From the sequence record PZ168289.1: a stretch of DNA of 39,017 nucleotides; one strand, given 5' to 3'. The position numbers and the translations under genes are program-made. Source of the DNA: a phage. The notes under the pieces are model-generated. The model saw only the letters and a program-made list of their open reading frames with translations, ran no database searches and was not told the origin of the DNA. Shown here piece by piece: positions 27,797 through 36,815 of the stretch (positions are counted from its first letter, which is position 1; every line of letters starts with the position of its first letter).

Positions 27797-30079
27797 TTAC
27801 TCCTTACCAATTAGTACGTTTGCGATACCCTCCAGTGAGACGTCATTATACATCCCACCGCGCTTCTCGATGTCGGCCTCTCGGTCAGCTCGACGTTTAT
27901 CACCAGCAGCTTTAGTCCCGACGATACGCGCTCGCTTGTTAGCGTCACGTTCTGCCTGAGCGTATGCGGCATCCTGTGCCTTCTGCTGTTGTTCGCGGTA
28001 GAGTTTACCTACAAGTTCTTTATCGTAGCGAATACGAATAGTCCCTGTAGCGTCTTGGAGGAAGATAGAGCCGTTCTGTTCAACAACGGACAACTGAGAG
28101 TTCACTACCCAAGGGTTGGCCTTAATGAGCTGCTTACGGGCGGTGTCGATAATGTCTCGACCTACCTGCCACGACTCAGGGTTATCCCCGACCATGAGCT
28201 GGTGCTTGGACACCATGCCGATGGACTTACCGTCAGAGCCTTCAGACTGGAACGTTACGGTATTTTCATTCAGCCATCGTTGAGTCTGCTGAGTTGCAGC
28301 GTCAGCGTTACCTGTACGATAGTACCATGAGTCCCAGACCTTACGAGCACTTGAGTCCAGAGACGTAGGAAGACGCGAAAGGTCCTTATTCCGAGAGTCG
28401 TTCTTCAACTCCTGCCACGCCTTGTCTGACTCCATGCGCATCTCACGGCTTTGACTTGCAGCTTGCTTATCAGCTTCAATCATCGTCTGAGGGTCCAGAC
28501 CCATCTTGTCCATCTGGTCGAACGTAGAGAACAACTGAGCTTGGTCAGGATACAGAGCAGCGAAACTTGAAGGGTCCTGAGTGTAGGCACGACGCAGTGA
28601 CTCGAAGCGTTTCATCTTGTCTGGGTCGTACTGTCCACGGATGACCGCAGCTTGCCACTCACCAGCAGCGTCCTGAGTCAGCGTCTGGAAGGCATTACGG
28701 AACGGACCGTTGTTAGTGTCAGCTCTTAACAATGCCACCTTCTGAGCGTCTTTAGCGGCCTCAGGGATGTCCATCTGGTCAATCTGCTGTAGCTTGGCAG
28801 ACGCATAGTTGTTCATGTCAGAACGCTTGAACTCGCCTGTAGCATCTGAGACCGGAAGGTCCTCATAGTTGGTGGACACGTTGTCACCAGCCAGCCGCCG
28901 CTGATATACTTGGTCTATGACCAGTTGCTTGTTCTGGGTCTGGATTAACTTAGTGTTCTCCTTAGCCTGTTCAGCGGACTTACGCTTGACCGCTTCCAGT
29001 AAGCTGGCTTCGGCATTAATAAGCATCTGACGCTGAGGCGTTAGTTCTTCACCGGGTTGAAGCAGGTTGTTCTGCTCCTTGAGTTTCTGAATCTGGGCAA
29101 GACCAATGGTTGGGTCGTCCTGAAGAATCGCAGACTGAACGCCTAACGCCAAGTCTTCCTGATACTTAGCAACCAGTTTATACTCAGTACCTTGGGCCTC
29201 AACCATAGCAGCATTGAAGACGTCAGGTCCTACAATCTCTTCGACGGTAGCGTCAACACCGTTAAGTGTGATACGCTCGCCACGGACTTGCTGTAGGAAG
29301 TTTGAGCCTCCTGACTTCTGGATTGCGTCACGGACCGTCTGGGTGATGACCTCTCGTGCTCTCTGGTCCGAAGGTATAGCAGCAGTCGTCAGTCCATCAC
29401 GAAGGTAGGCCATGAAGGTCTTTCCAGACTCAGGCGAACGCATCAGGTCCCCATCGTTAAGGAACGAGTTCATCTCAATACGAGTGTTCAACATTGCTGT
29501 CTCTTCAGACTGCTTGCTGAAATACTTATTGAATGACCCGTATATAGCGATGTTTCTGTCCGTGATGTTATCGTTGAATCCACGCTGGAAGAACTCGTCG
29601 GTAGGGTTAATACCCGCCTCTTCAGCATAGGACTTAGCGGCATCCTGAAGTCGCTGGTGGCGATACTCTTCCATGTCCTGACGTGTTCGGAACTCACCGT
29701 TCTGAATCTTAACGTTAATCTCGTCATCCACCGCAAAGGCAGCGTTACGACCAGTCTTGACTCGAAGTGCTTCCATAGCGTAAGGGTCATCCTGATACAG
29801 CAATGTGCCGTTCTGGATAGCCTCACGTCTCTGCTGAGGTGTCAACTTACGGATAATCTCGTTAGACCGCTCGTCAGCTCTGGTCTTCTCCTCGTCCTTG
29901 AACTGCTTGTACAATCCAGTCCCAGACTCAACGAAGTTGGTTAACGCACGAGCCAGACCGGAGTCACCAGTCGGAGCCTGAACGTTTGCTGCTTGATAGT
30001 TGACGGCGATAGTTTTACCCGGCGCTCTGCCACGACCCATAGTCCGATTAGCAAGAGCTGATTCAATATTACTAGCCAT
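27797..30079 (-). CDS. internal virion protein C (T7 gp15-like)
   Basis: Collinear with T7 gp15 (DERSNEIIRKLTPQQRREA.QNGTLLYQDDPYAMEALRVKTGRNAA, EEYRH.RLQ, IRYDKEL). Confidence 0.93.
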   Translation of the reverse strand: MASNIESALANRTMGRGRAPGKTIAVNYQAANVQAPTGDSGLARALTNFVESGTGLYKQFKDEEKTRADERSNEIIRKLTPQQRREAIQNGTLLYQDDPYAMEALRVKTGRNAAFAVDDEINVKIQNGEFRTRQDMEEYRHQRLQDAAKSYAEEAGINPTDEFFQRGFNDNITDRNIAIYGSFNKYFSKQSEETAMLNTRIEMNSFLNDGDLMRSPESGKTFMAYLRDGLTTAAIPSDQRAREVITQTVRDAIQKSGGSNFLQQVRGERITLNGVDATVEEIVGPDVFNAAMVEAQGTEYKLVAKYQEDLALGVQSAILQDDPTIGLAQIQKLKEQNNLLQPGEELTPQRQMLINAEASLLEAVKRKSAEQAKENTKLIQTQNKQLVIDQVYQRRLAGDNVSTNYEDLPVSDATGEFKRSDMNNYASAKLQQIDQMDIPEAAKDAQKVALLRADTNNGPFRNAFQTLTQDAAGEWQAAVIRGQYDPDKMKRFESLRRAYTQDPSSFAALYPDQAQLFSTFDQMDKMGLDPQTMIEADKQAASQSREMRMESDKAWQELKNDSRNKDLSRLPTSLDSSARKVWDSWYYRTGNADAATQQTQRWLNENTVTFQSEGSDGKSIGMVSKHQLMVGDNPESWQVGRDIIDTARKQLIKANPWVVNSQLSVVEQNGSIFLQDATGTIRIRYDKELVGKLYREQQQKAQDAAYAQAERDANKRARIVGTKAAGDKRRADREADIEKRGGMYNDVSLEGIANVLIGKE

Positions 30080-30090
30080 TAGTCCTCCTC

Positions 30091-30678
30091 TTAGCTATGA
30101 CCTGTAGGTGTACCTTTAGCAGCACTAATTGGTGCAGCACCACCAGAGCTGGACGCTCCAGAGATTGACTTACCAGCAGCGTAGCCTTGCATCCCGGCGG
30201 TAGCAACATTAAGTGCATGAGCCAGTGGGCTGGTCTTGATTATTTTACCTTGACCACGGATAGCAGACTTTGTGTTCTCAATGTTGGCGATACGGTTCCC
30301 GAATATAGCCGCATAGTCTCGGTTGTAACTTTCGGTAATCCCTGCTCGCTCCTTGACTGTATCTCCTTCGACCTGACGTTCAATCCTGTCCATAGAGTTA
30401 CCTTCCAGACCGGACTCAGCCACCGCAGCTCGGACCATTCCCTGATTGCGGATACCGTTGAGCGTGGTCTCTGTCAGTTCAGCCATCTGCTGCTCCTTCA
30501 GGTCTCGCTCCTGCATCTTCAGGTTGGCGTCAGAGTAGTTCATCTGCTTAACCATTTCCTGAGCCTGTCGGTTCTGAGCGTCAATTGCTGCACCTTCGGC
30601 CTTGGCCTGCTGGGATGCGGACATAGTGGCCCCGGCTACAGCCATGATACCCATGCCGATACTTACGGGTTCACACAT
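30091..30678 (-). CDS. internal virion protein B (T7 gp14-like)
   Basis: 195 aa vs 196 in T7; MC N-terminus, LEG.SMDRI block, position between gp13 and gp15. Confidence 0.85.
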   Translation of the reverse strand: MCEPVSIGMGIMAVAGATMSASQQAKAEGAAIDAQNRQAQEMVKQMNYSDANLKMQERDLKEQQMAELTETTLNGIRNQGMVRAAVAESGLEGNSMDRIERQVEGDTVKERAGITESYNRDYAAIFGNRIANIENTKSAIRGQGKIIKTSPLAHALNVATAGMQGYAAGKSISGASSSGGAAPISAAKGTPTGHS

Positions 30679-31133
30679 ACGTCCTCCTTAGAGATAGTGA
30701 ATAATTGAAAACGCTCACCAGTTACCGGGCTGATAGTCCAATCATCATGGAACTTAGCCCCAAGCAACTTCAAGAATTTAATGTGAGACTTATTGCCTGA
30801 CCACACGTAGTTCCAGATGGTCCCGTATTGGTCTAACATTAAGTCCCTGTACTCAGAGATACGCTTTATGAACTCTCGCTTCTCTTTAGGTCTCAGCTTG
30901 TTGACCAGACCTGAAGTCAAGAACCATACGTTATCCCCTTGGTTTCCACCATAGGCAAACACTTCGCCTACACCGTTCGTTAAAACCACAGATGACGGAG
31001 ATAGGTGCTTAAGCAATCTTTCAGAGAGACCAACGGTTGACCCATAGTTTGCTTTGCACTCATTAACATCATCTGCTGAAAGATGCCACAGAAAGTAGTG
31101 GACATCTGGTTCCGTAGCCTTGCGAATATACAT
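30663..31133 (-). CDS. internal virion protein A / assembly protein (T7 gp13 position)
   Basis: 156-aa ORF directly downstream of promoter 31163-31185; synteny. Confidence 0.65.
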   Translation of the reverse strand: MYIRKATEPDVHYFLWHLSADDVNECKANYGSTVGLSERLLKHLSPSSVVLTNGVGEVFAYGGNQGDNVWFLTSGLVNKLRPKEKREFIKRISEYRDLMLDQYGTIWNYVWSGNKSHIKFLKLLGAKFHDDWTISPVTGERFQLFTISKEDVCVNP

Positions 31134-31162
31134 AAAGTCTCCTTATAACCTTAAGGGCCTAT

Positions 31163-31185
31163 AGTCCCTATAGTGATAGTTAAGG
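31163..31185 (-). promoter_or_regulatory. phage RNAP promoter (gp13 upstream) inside an inverted repeat
   Basis: CCTATAGTGATAGTTAAG at 31167-31184, flanked by GGGCCTATAG (31155-31164) and CTATAGGCCC (31191-31200). Confidence 0.7.
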
Positions 31186-31209
31186 TAAATCTATAGGCCC
31201 TTCAATAAG

Positions 31210-33567
31210 TTAGACGGAACGAGCTTTCTTAGCGTATGACGCCTCCCAGCCACACCCAACGATTGACACTGGGGTAGGATAGTCGGACTCTAAGGTTAGA
31301 CTCGTGGTTAATGCGTTACCATTCATAGCGAAGCGATACTGCCCGTCACCAATGTTTGTAGTCCCGATGGTTTGCTGACCAAGGGTGTACCCGTTGAAGG
31401 TATTCACGAACTCCCGCTCACCATTTCTGACAATGAGTCTCAGAGCGCCAGTGTCTTTGTAGTTGACCCAAGCCCGACGAAGCTGTAGACGACCAGTGTC
31501 TTCCGACTGAGTGCCCCTATCATCTTCAATCTTAATCAGGAACCGTGAGAACTTGTAGGACATCAGATAGGGCCGTCCGATGAACACTGTGCGTCCTGAC
31601 CAATCGCCGTTGAGGGTAACCACAGTAGAGATACTAGTCAAGTCCCCAAGGTCCACATAAGCACCCTGACTGTCAATCAGATAGTACCGACCGGGAGACG
31701 GAGCGCTGCCACCATAAGCAGCACCAATGTCAACCGTAGTCTTATGTGTGTCAACGTTGTATGAGCCAATTGGTATTACCATAGACACCTTGGAGTCAAC
31801 GTGGAGTCTATACGGCTCTAATGGAAAGTCAGTTGCCTCCTTGATGAACTTAAGGTGCTCAAGGTCCACGCCGCCTTGGTGCTGACGAACAATGAACATG
31901 GTAGAGCCAATCGACGCAGACGCCAGAATCTTATCAGCTTTAGGGAACTCCCAGTGCGACCAAGAGGCTTGAAGCTGTACGCCGTCCTTAAACAAGAACT
32001 TGTAGATGTAGATTCGGTTGTATGCACCTGTAGAGTTGACGCAGATGTAGTTCTCAGTACCTGTACCTTGAATATCAAACACCCCGTTAGGGATATAGGA
32101 CAGTACGTGACCAGTGGTATCATCGGCATCCTTCACGTCAGACACATCTGCTACAGCGAAGTATCGCTTAATGCTGGTGAATGACCCACGAGGTGCTGAG
32201 AAGAAGACTGAGCGTCCTACAGCGAACGGTCGGGCATTATCTCCTAAGGCAAACTCTGAGCCTACATCAAGCTGGATAGACTTCGAGGTAAGGACCCCTG
32301 AGCTTGTCATCACGAACTGCACCTCATCTGACCAAAGTAGTAGCTGCTCGCTAAACGGAACGGCATACTTAAGGATTGAGATTCTAGGGTGACTTACAGC
32401 TACGTCAATAGGATCATCATCACCTAATGTCGCCACACTCTTAGGGAAGAACGCAAAGTAGCTGGCTGAACGGCTCATGATTACGTTCTCGCCTGACAAG
32501 AACCCCAGCCTATTCCTGTAGAAGAACACATCGTTAATTGTAGCATCCACGAAGCTAGGCATAGGGTTTGTGTCATCATTACCAGCACCACGATTAGACC
32601 AGTCCAGAGTCTTGAACTCAAAGGAGCCATCAGGCTGTCTGACCAGAGCATGTGGCATTGTGGTGGCATCGAAACCAGTGACAACTCCCGGCTCCACTGT
32701 CTCCTTCCACGTCTTAGTGCTGGAGTCATACATCACGTAGTATTCATCGGCGCTACTGTTTGTCTCACCTTGAATCTTAATGATATACCCATTAGGAGCT
32801 GCAAGAGGTAGTTTAGAGATTGTCTGCACAGTGTCTAGGACTGGGCTTATTAGCTGGTTAGCGTAGCCATCCTCCGTCTCCACTGAGTTAATGTCAGTCC
32901 CTGAAGGAGCTGTGATTAGCAGGAATCCAGACCCAAGGTCGAACGTGAAGGTAGGGTAAGCAGCAACAAGAAGGTCTCTCAGAGCCGCACCGATAGCCTG
33001 AGCATCAACCTTAGGAGGGTCATTCTCGGCATCATTACCTGCTGGCAACTTATGCTCTACCTTAACGCCTCCATTTATTCCTACCTTAAGGGTGCGACCA
33101 TACTGTCCACCACGCAGGTTAATTAAAGCACGAGCTTTACGATTATAACCAGAGTGTGCCTTCTCGCTCCCACCTTTGACGACAACCTTACGGTTAACGA
33201 CGAACGTATAGTCTGCCACGGTAACGACACGGATGTCATCTCGTGGGTTGGAGGACTTAACGTAATCTACCGCACCGGACACTGAGTATTGATTGCCACT
33301 CAAGTCAACTACCTGAATGTTGGACCCATTGAACACGATGTAATACTGCTCATGCTCGTCACGGTTAATCAGGTGGAACTTAGGGTTACTCCCAACGTCG
33401 ATGTTAAGACGTCGCTTGAAGACTGTAGGTGGACGCTTCTGGAGGCCATCACTCTCTGATGACCAGCAGTTAACCTGTGCCTCGCCTTGGTCTGAGAACC
33501 TCAGTATATCAGGCTGCTGGCTAATGCCACCTTTAAGATTTTTTATGCTTTGTGTGATAAGCGGCAT
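31210..33567 (-). CDS. tail tubular protein B (T7 gp12-like)
   Basis: Collinear with T7 gp12 (SQSIKNLKGGISQQPD, GLQKRPP, INRDEHEQYY, VTVADYTF.VNR, GRLQLRRAWVNY, IGCGWE). Confidence 0.96.
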   Translation of the reverse strand: MPLITQSIKNLKGGISQQPDILRFSDQGEAQVNCWSSESDGLQKRPPTVFKRRLNIDVGSNPKFHLINRDEHEQYYIVFNGSNIQVVDLSGNQYSVSGAVDYVKSSNPRDDIRVVTVADYTFVVNRKVVVKGGSEKAHSGYNRKARALINLRGGQYGRTLKVGINGGVKVEHKLPAGNDAENDPPKVDAQAIGAALRDLLVAAYPTFTFDLGSGFLLITAPSGTDINSVETEDGYANQLISPVLDTVQTISKLPLAAPNGYIIKIQGETNSSADEYYVMYDSSTKTWKETVEPGVVTGFDATTMPHALVRQPDGSFEFKTLDWSNRGAGNDDTNPMPSFVDATINDVFFYRNRLGFLSGENVIMSRSASYFAFFPKSVATLGDDDPIDVAVSHPRISILKYAVPFSEQLLLWSDEVQFVMTSSGVLTSKSIQLDVGSEFALGDNARPFAVGRSVFFSAPRGSFTSIKRYFAVADVSDVKDADDTTGHVLSYIPNGVFDIQGTGTENYICVNSTGAYNRIYIYKFLFKDGVQLQASWSHWEFPKADKILASASIGSTMFIVRQHQGGVDLEHLKFIKEATDFPLEPYRLHVDSKVSMVIPIGSYNVDTHKTTVDIGAAYGGSAPSPGRYYLIDSQGAYVDLGDLTSISTVVTLNGDWSGRTVFIGRPYLMSYKFSRFLIKIEDDRGTQSEDTGRLQLRRAWVNYKDTGALRLIVRNGEREFVNTFNGYTLGQQTIGTTNIGDGQYRFAMNGNALTTSLTLESDYPTPVSIVGCGWEASYAKKARSV

Positions 33568-33576
33568 GTGCCCTCC

Positions 33577-33804
33577 TTAAATCATACTCATTAGGACGTA
33601 TCCTTCAGCGATGTCACCAACGTCAGCAATGTGGACAACCTTACGCGCTACCTGTTGTCCAGTATACCCGTTGTCCCATTCATTCAGGATAAGCCAATCG
33701 CCAACCTTAAAGTCCCGGTCGTTAAGTCTCAGCTCTGCTGTCTTTAGACCTAGTTGTACCGGACCAAAGTGCTGGCGGTGAATCTTCAGGTTGTGACTAG
33801 CCAT
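33577..33804 (-). CDS. ASCH/PUA-like small protein (DUF3850-type) inserted between tail tubular A and B genes
   Basis: 75 aa; pattern H.LKI....F..V..G.KT.E.R.NDRDFKVGDWL.L.E.D.G.YTG recalls ASCH-like DUF3850 proteins; GGGAGGG RBS; ATG overlaps gp11 stop (TAATG). Confidence 0.65.
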   Translation of the reverse strand: MASHNLKIHRQHFGPVQLGLKTAELRLNDRDFKVGDWLILNEWDNGYTGQQVARKVVHIADVGDIAEGYVLMSMI

Positions 33805-34370
33805 TAGTCCCTCCCGATGTCGGACATCATGTTGTAGCGACCAGTATCCATCTCGTACTCCATAACCTGCTGATAGAGTTCTGCTTCCTGCTCACGGAGG
33901 TATAGCTCTGACTCTGGGCTACCGAAGAACTTAGCGTTGAACTCACGGCTGGCCTTGGTAACGATGTAGTCCCTGAAGACCACAGGCATCTCGGAGAATG
34001 GCTTCATCTCCACAAGCTCTACCGTGATAGGGTCGGTGAAAGTGGTTGACTGAGTGGATAGGTCGTACAGGTATCCACCCATGTTGCTGTAGTAGCTGGT
34101 GGCCCCAGCGGTCATTACACGAAGGTATGACGGCAGGAATCGAATCCTATTGTCTTGGACATCAGGTGTCAGGACAGCAGCTTCGTTGATGTTAAAGTTC
34201 CAGCCTTTAGCTTGGACCTGACGATTGACACGATGCAGGATACGTTGTGCATTCGAGACATCAGCGTTCCCCTCGTCAAGCTGTAGGACTGCTGGTTCAC
34301 CGATAGCAGCTAACATATCGTTGATGGCGTCTAAGTCATCGTTAGCATTCAGTGGAATGTATTGAGCCAT
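33804..34370 (-). CDS. tail tubular protein A (T7 gp11-like)
   Basis: Matches T7 gp11 (AIGEP); start moved to ATG 34370 (MAQYIPLNAND) with GGAGG 5 nt upstream (track start 34400). Confidence 0.9.
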   Translation of the reverse strand: MAQYIPLNANDDLDAINDMLAAIGEPAVLQLDEGNADVSNAQRILHRVNRQVQAKGWNFNINEAAVLTPDVQDNRIRFLPSYLRVMTAGATSYYSNMGGYLYDLSTQSTTFTDPITVELVEMKPFSEMPVVFRDYIVTKASREFNAKFFGSPESELYLREQEAELYQQVMEYEMDTGRYNMMSDIGRD

Positions 34371-34485
34371 ACTCCCTCCTATCTGTCGTAAGGACTGCAT
34401 GGTCCGGTTAATAATATAGTCGCCCAGAAACTAACAAATAGTCCCAAGGCTGTAAGTAAGTAAAACATAATCATCCTCACTCTAA

Positions 34486-34527
34486 GCAAAAACCCCTCAA
34501 GCACCCGAAGGCACCCAAGGGGTTTCA
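34486..34527 (-). terminator. T-phi-like terminator after capsid gene 10B
   Basis: Minus RNA AACCCCUUGGGUGCC-UUCG-GGUGCUUGAGGGG-UUUUUG: 13-bp stem rich in G-U pairs, UUCG loop, U tract; immediately after the predicted 10B stop, as T-phi is in T7. Confidence 0.8.
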
Positions 34528-34528
34528 A

Positions 34529-35703
34529 TTAGTTGTTGGACTCAGCCAGTTTAGCGGCCCTGTTCGCAGCACGAGTACGCGCAGCTTTCTGTTGAGGAGT
34601 TAGAGTCTCCTCTTCAGGTACAGCCGCTACTGTAGCGACGTTAGGTTGGCTAAAGGCGCTTACATCGCTGGGCTGAAAACCAGTGCGCCCGCCGCTTCAG
34701 GACGCAGACCACCGTGACCCATAGCGTACTTACCAACAATCAGGTCACCCTGAGCATCGACATCACGGTCACGTTCCAGCGCCAAGTCACGCAGTTTCAC
34801 AGTACCCACAGCAGAACGGTGAGAGAACAGGCCCACAACGTTGTCAATAGCAACTTTAACGTCGCCAGAAGTAGTCGCTGGGAATGCGTGTTTCTGACCG
34901 GAAGCGATAGTGATACCATCGGCACCACGGGTCTCACCAGCACCACCCTGTACCAGATGCGGAACTTCAACAACAACGAAGCCCATCACGTTACGGATGT
35001 TACCAGTCTCTGGGTCAATCAGCGCAGCATAGTTAGCAGCGTTAGGCATCAGAGCCGCGAGGATTGCAGAGTAGTTGTCCGGCGTGGTGTAGAAGTAACG
35101 GTCGCCAGCAGGAACGTAGTTGGAGGTCAGCTTCGCACGAGCAATGGTCAGTTGACCGATGATTGCTTCGCCCAGTTTAGCCGGGGTGTCGAGGTCAGCT
35201 TTCTTACCAACTTGCAGTACGGAAGCAGTTCCAAGACCAGCGATGTTCTCGTTGGATGCAGCTGGGAGGTTACACAGGGTAGCCATTTCAGCCAGAACCG
35301 CACCATCAGCAGCTATAGCCAAAGCTTCACCCAACTGGTTGGAATACTCGCCAGCCACGTCATAGTGGTTCATCGCGTCTTCAATGTCGAAAATCATCAC
35401 ATCGGCAGTCAGCAGACCATCAATGGTAATCACTTTCTCGGTATGTTTGATACCTTTACGCTTATCGGACAGTCGCTCACCCGGAGCCAGATACACACCA
35501 GAGGTGCGACCCATGACCGGGAACTGAGCAGACTTACCGTTCTGAATGGTTCGGACAATATGCTTGTCAGCCGTTACAGAGCGGCGAGTGAATGCGGTCA
35601 GGACTTCGCCAGCAAATACCTTCAGGAACAACGCTAGAGCGTCGGAACTGGATTTGCCTTTACCTTGGTCTGTACCAATTTTCTGACCCGGAACGTTTGC
35701 CAT
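34529..35703 (-). CDS. minor capsid protein 10B, predicted product of -1 ribosomal frameshift at G GTT TTC
   Basis: Slippery heptamer GGTTTTC (plus 34675-34681) 6 codons before the 10A stop; the -1 frame stays open for 48 codons (QPSDVSAFSQPNVATVAAVPEEETLTPQQKAARTRAANRAAKLAESNN) and stops at 34529 just before the terminator hairpin. Confidence 0.65.
34660..35703 (-). CDS. major capsid protein 10A (T7 gp10A-like)
   Basis: 347 aa vs 345 in T7; downstream of a consensus phage promoter with ~100-nt leader; followed by frameshift site and T-phi-like terminator. Confidence 0.96.
   Translation of the reverse strand: MANVPGQKIGTDQGKGKSSSDALALFLKVFAGEVLTAFTRRSVTADKHIVRTIQNGKSAQFPVMGRTSGVYLAPGERLSDKRKGIKHTEKVITIDGLLTADVMIFDIEDAMNHYDVAGEYSNQLGEALAIAADGAVLAEMATLCNLPAASNENIAGLGTASVLQVGKKADLDTPAKLGEAIIGQLTIARAKLTSNYVPAGDRYFYTTPDNYSAILAALMPNAANYAALIDPETGNIRNVMGFVVVEVPHLVQGGAGETRGADGITIASGQKHAFPATTSGDVKVAIDNVVGLFSHRSAVGTVKLRDLALERDRDVDAQGDLIVGKYAMGHGGLRPEAAGALVFSPAM
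34675..34681 (-). other. -1 programmed ribosomal frameshift slippery site (G GTT TTC) in capsid gene
   Basis: Minus-strand GGTTTTC near the end of 10A, the same heptamer context as the T7 gene 10 frameshift; -1 frame open to 34529. Confidence 0.6.
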
Positions 35704-35805
35704 ATGATAATTCTCCTATTCAATTGAAAGATAAAGTTTATTACTTACTGTACGCCCAATCCGTATGGACTGAAGTAATAGGGAAACCCTGAGTCTATCT
35801 CTTGG

Positions 35806-35828
35806 TCTCCCTATAGTGATAGTTTAGT
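35806..35828 (-). promoter_or_regulatory. phage RNAP promoter (major capsid upstream)
   Basis: Perfect core at 35810-35827; ~105-nt leader to capsid ATG 35703. Confidence 0.8.
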
Positions 35829-35829
35829 C

Positions 35830-36714
35830 CTACAGGCTTGAGGCAGCTACCTTAGCGCGAACTTCCATCGTGTACTTAGCGTCACGCAGGTATCGCGGGT
35901 CACTCATAGCCTTAATCATGTCAGCCTTGGAGCTGAATGCTTCGGTCTGAGGAGCCTTAGGTGCGACCACAGGTTTAGCCTGAGTGGTGATGGTACGCTG
36001 AGGTTTAACACCCACAGCTTTACCCAGAGTCTTGCCAGCCAGATTCAGCAGAGCTTTGGTAGTCGCAATGTCCTTACGAACGATAGCAGCTTCCAGTGCC
36101 TCACGAGTTGACGGGTCGTTTGACTCAAGGTGTGACAGGATGCGATTAAACTGTTCAGCACCACCAGCGTAGCGAACCACACCAGCAGCATACTGTTCAG
36201 CCAGAGCTTCCTGACCACGGACAAACGAATCTACGAAACGCTTGGTGTAACCTGCTTCCTGCAACTTAGCGTAGGATGCGTCAGACAGCTTACCGTCCTT
36301 GGCGTATTCAGCCTTGATAGCGGTAATTTCATCAGCAGTGACCTTGCCAGCTTCTACAGCAGAAGACACCATGTCGTCAAATGCAGCTTCGTTTTCATCC
36401 AGAGCGGTGACACTTTCGGTCAACTCTTTCGGTGCATCACCCAGTTCGATGAACTCAGGCTGCTCACCATCGGTCTCAGACTCTTCGTCATCTGACTCGT
36501 GGTCTTCTTCACCTTCAGTCTCCTCGACGTTATCGTCTTCTTCGGTCGCCTCTTCGTTTTCGGCTTCCAGTTGCTTGAAGGTAATAGCGTCATCGCCATC
36601 ACGAACAGCTACGTCCTGTTCAAGCATAGACTTTTGGTGTTCGTTCAGGTCCTCAACGGAACCAGTGATTGCATTAGAGCTAACGCCGAACTCGGCATAA
36701 ACTGATTGAGACAT
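35830..36714 (-). CDS. capsid assembly/scaffolding protein (T7 gp9-like)
   Basis: 294 aa, highly acidic, between portal and capsid genes, downstream of promoter 36793-36815. Confidence 0.88.
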   Translation of the reverse strand: MSQSVYAEFGVSSNAITGSVEDLNEHQKSMLEQDVAVRDGDDAITFKQLEAENEEATEEDDNVEETEGEEDHESDDEESETDGEQPEFIELGDAPKELTESVTALDENEAAFDDMVSSAVEAGKVTADEITAIKAEYAKDGKLSDASYAKLQEAGYTKRFVDSFVRGQEALAEQYAAGVVRYAGGAEQFNRILSHLESNDPSTREALEAAIVRKDIATTKALLNLAGKTLGKAVGVKPQRTITTQAKPVVAPKAPQTEAFSSKADMIKAMSDPRYLRDAKYTMEVRAKVAASSL

Positions 36715-36792
36715 TAAGTCATTCTCCTTTAAGTTGATTATAGGAACCGACCGGGAGTCTCACCCGGCCTAATGCTTTGCGAATCTTGTCTA

Positions 36793-36815
36793 AGTTCCTA
36801 TAGTGATAGTTTAGG
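36793..36815 (-). promoter_or_regulatory. phage RNAP promoter (scaffold upstream)
   Basis: Perfect core at 36797-36814; contains the portal TAA stop; leader has hairpin CCGGG-AGTCTCA-CCCGG (36751-36767). Confidence 0.75.

Noticed and set aside
34714-35637. 307-aa ORF on the plus strand
   Set aside because: Entirely antisense to the major capsid gene; low-complexity S/T/V/R-rich translation, no RBS, no promoter in that orientation. A frame left open by codon bias of the real gene, not a gene.
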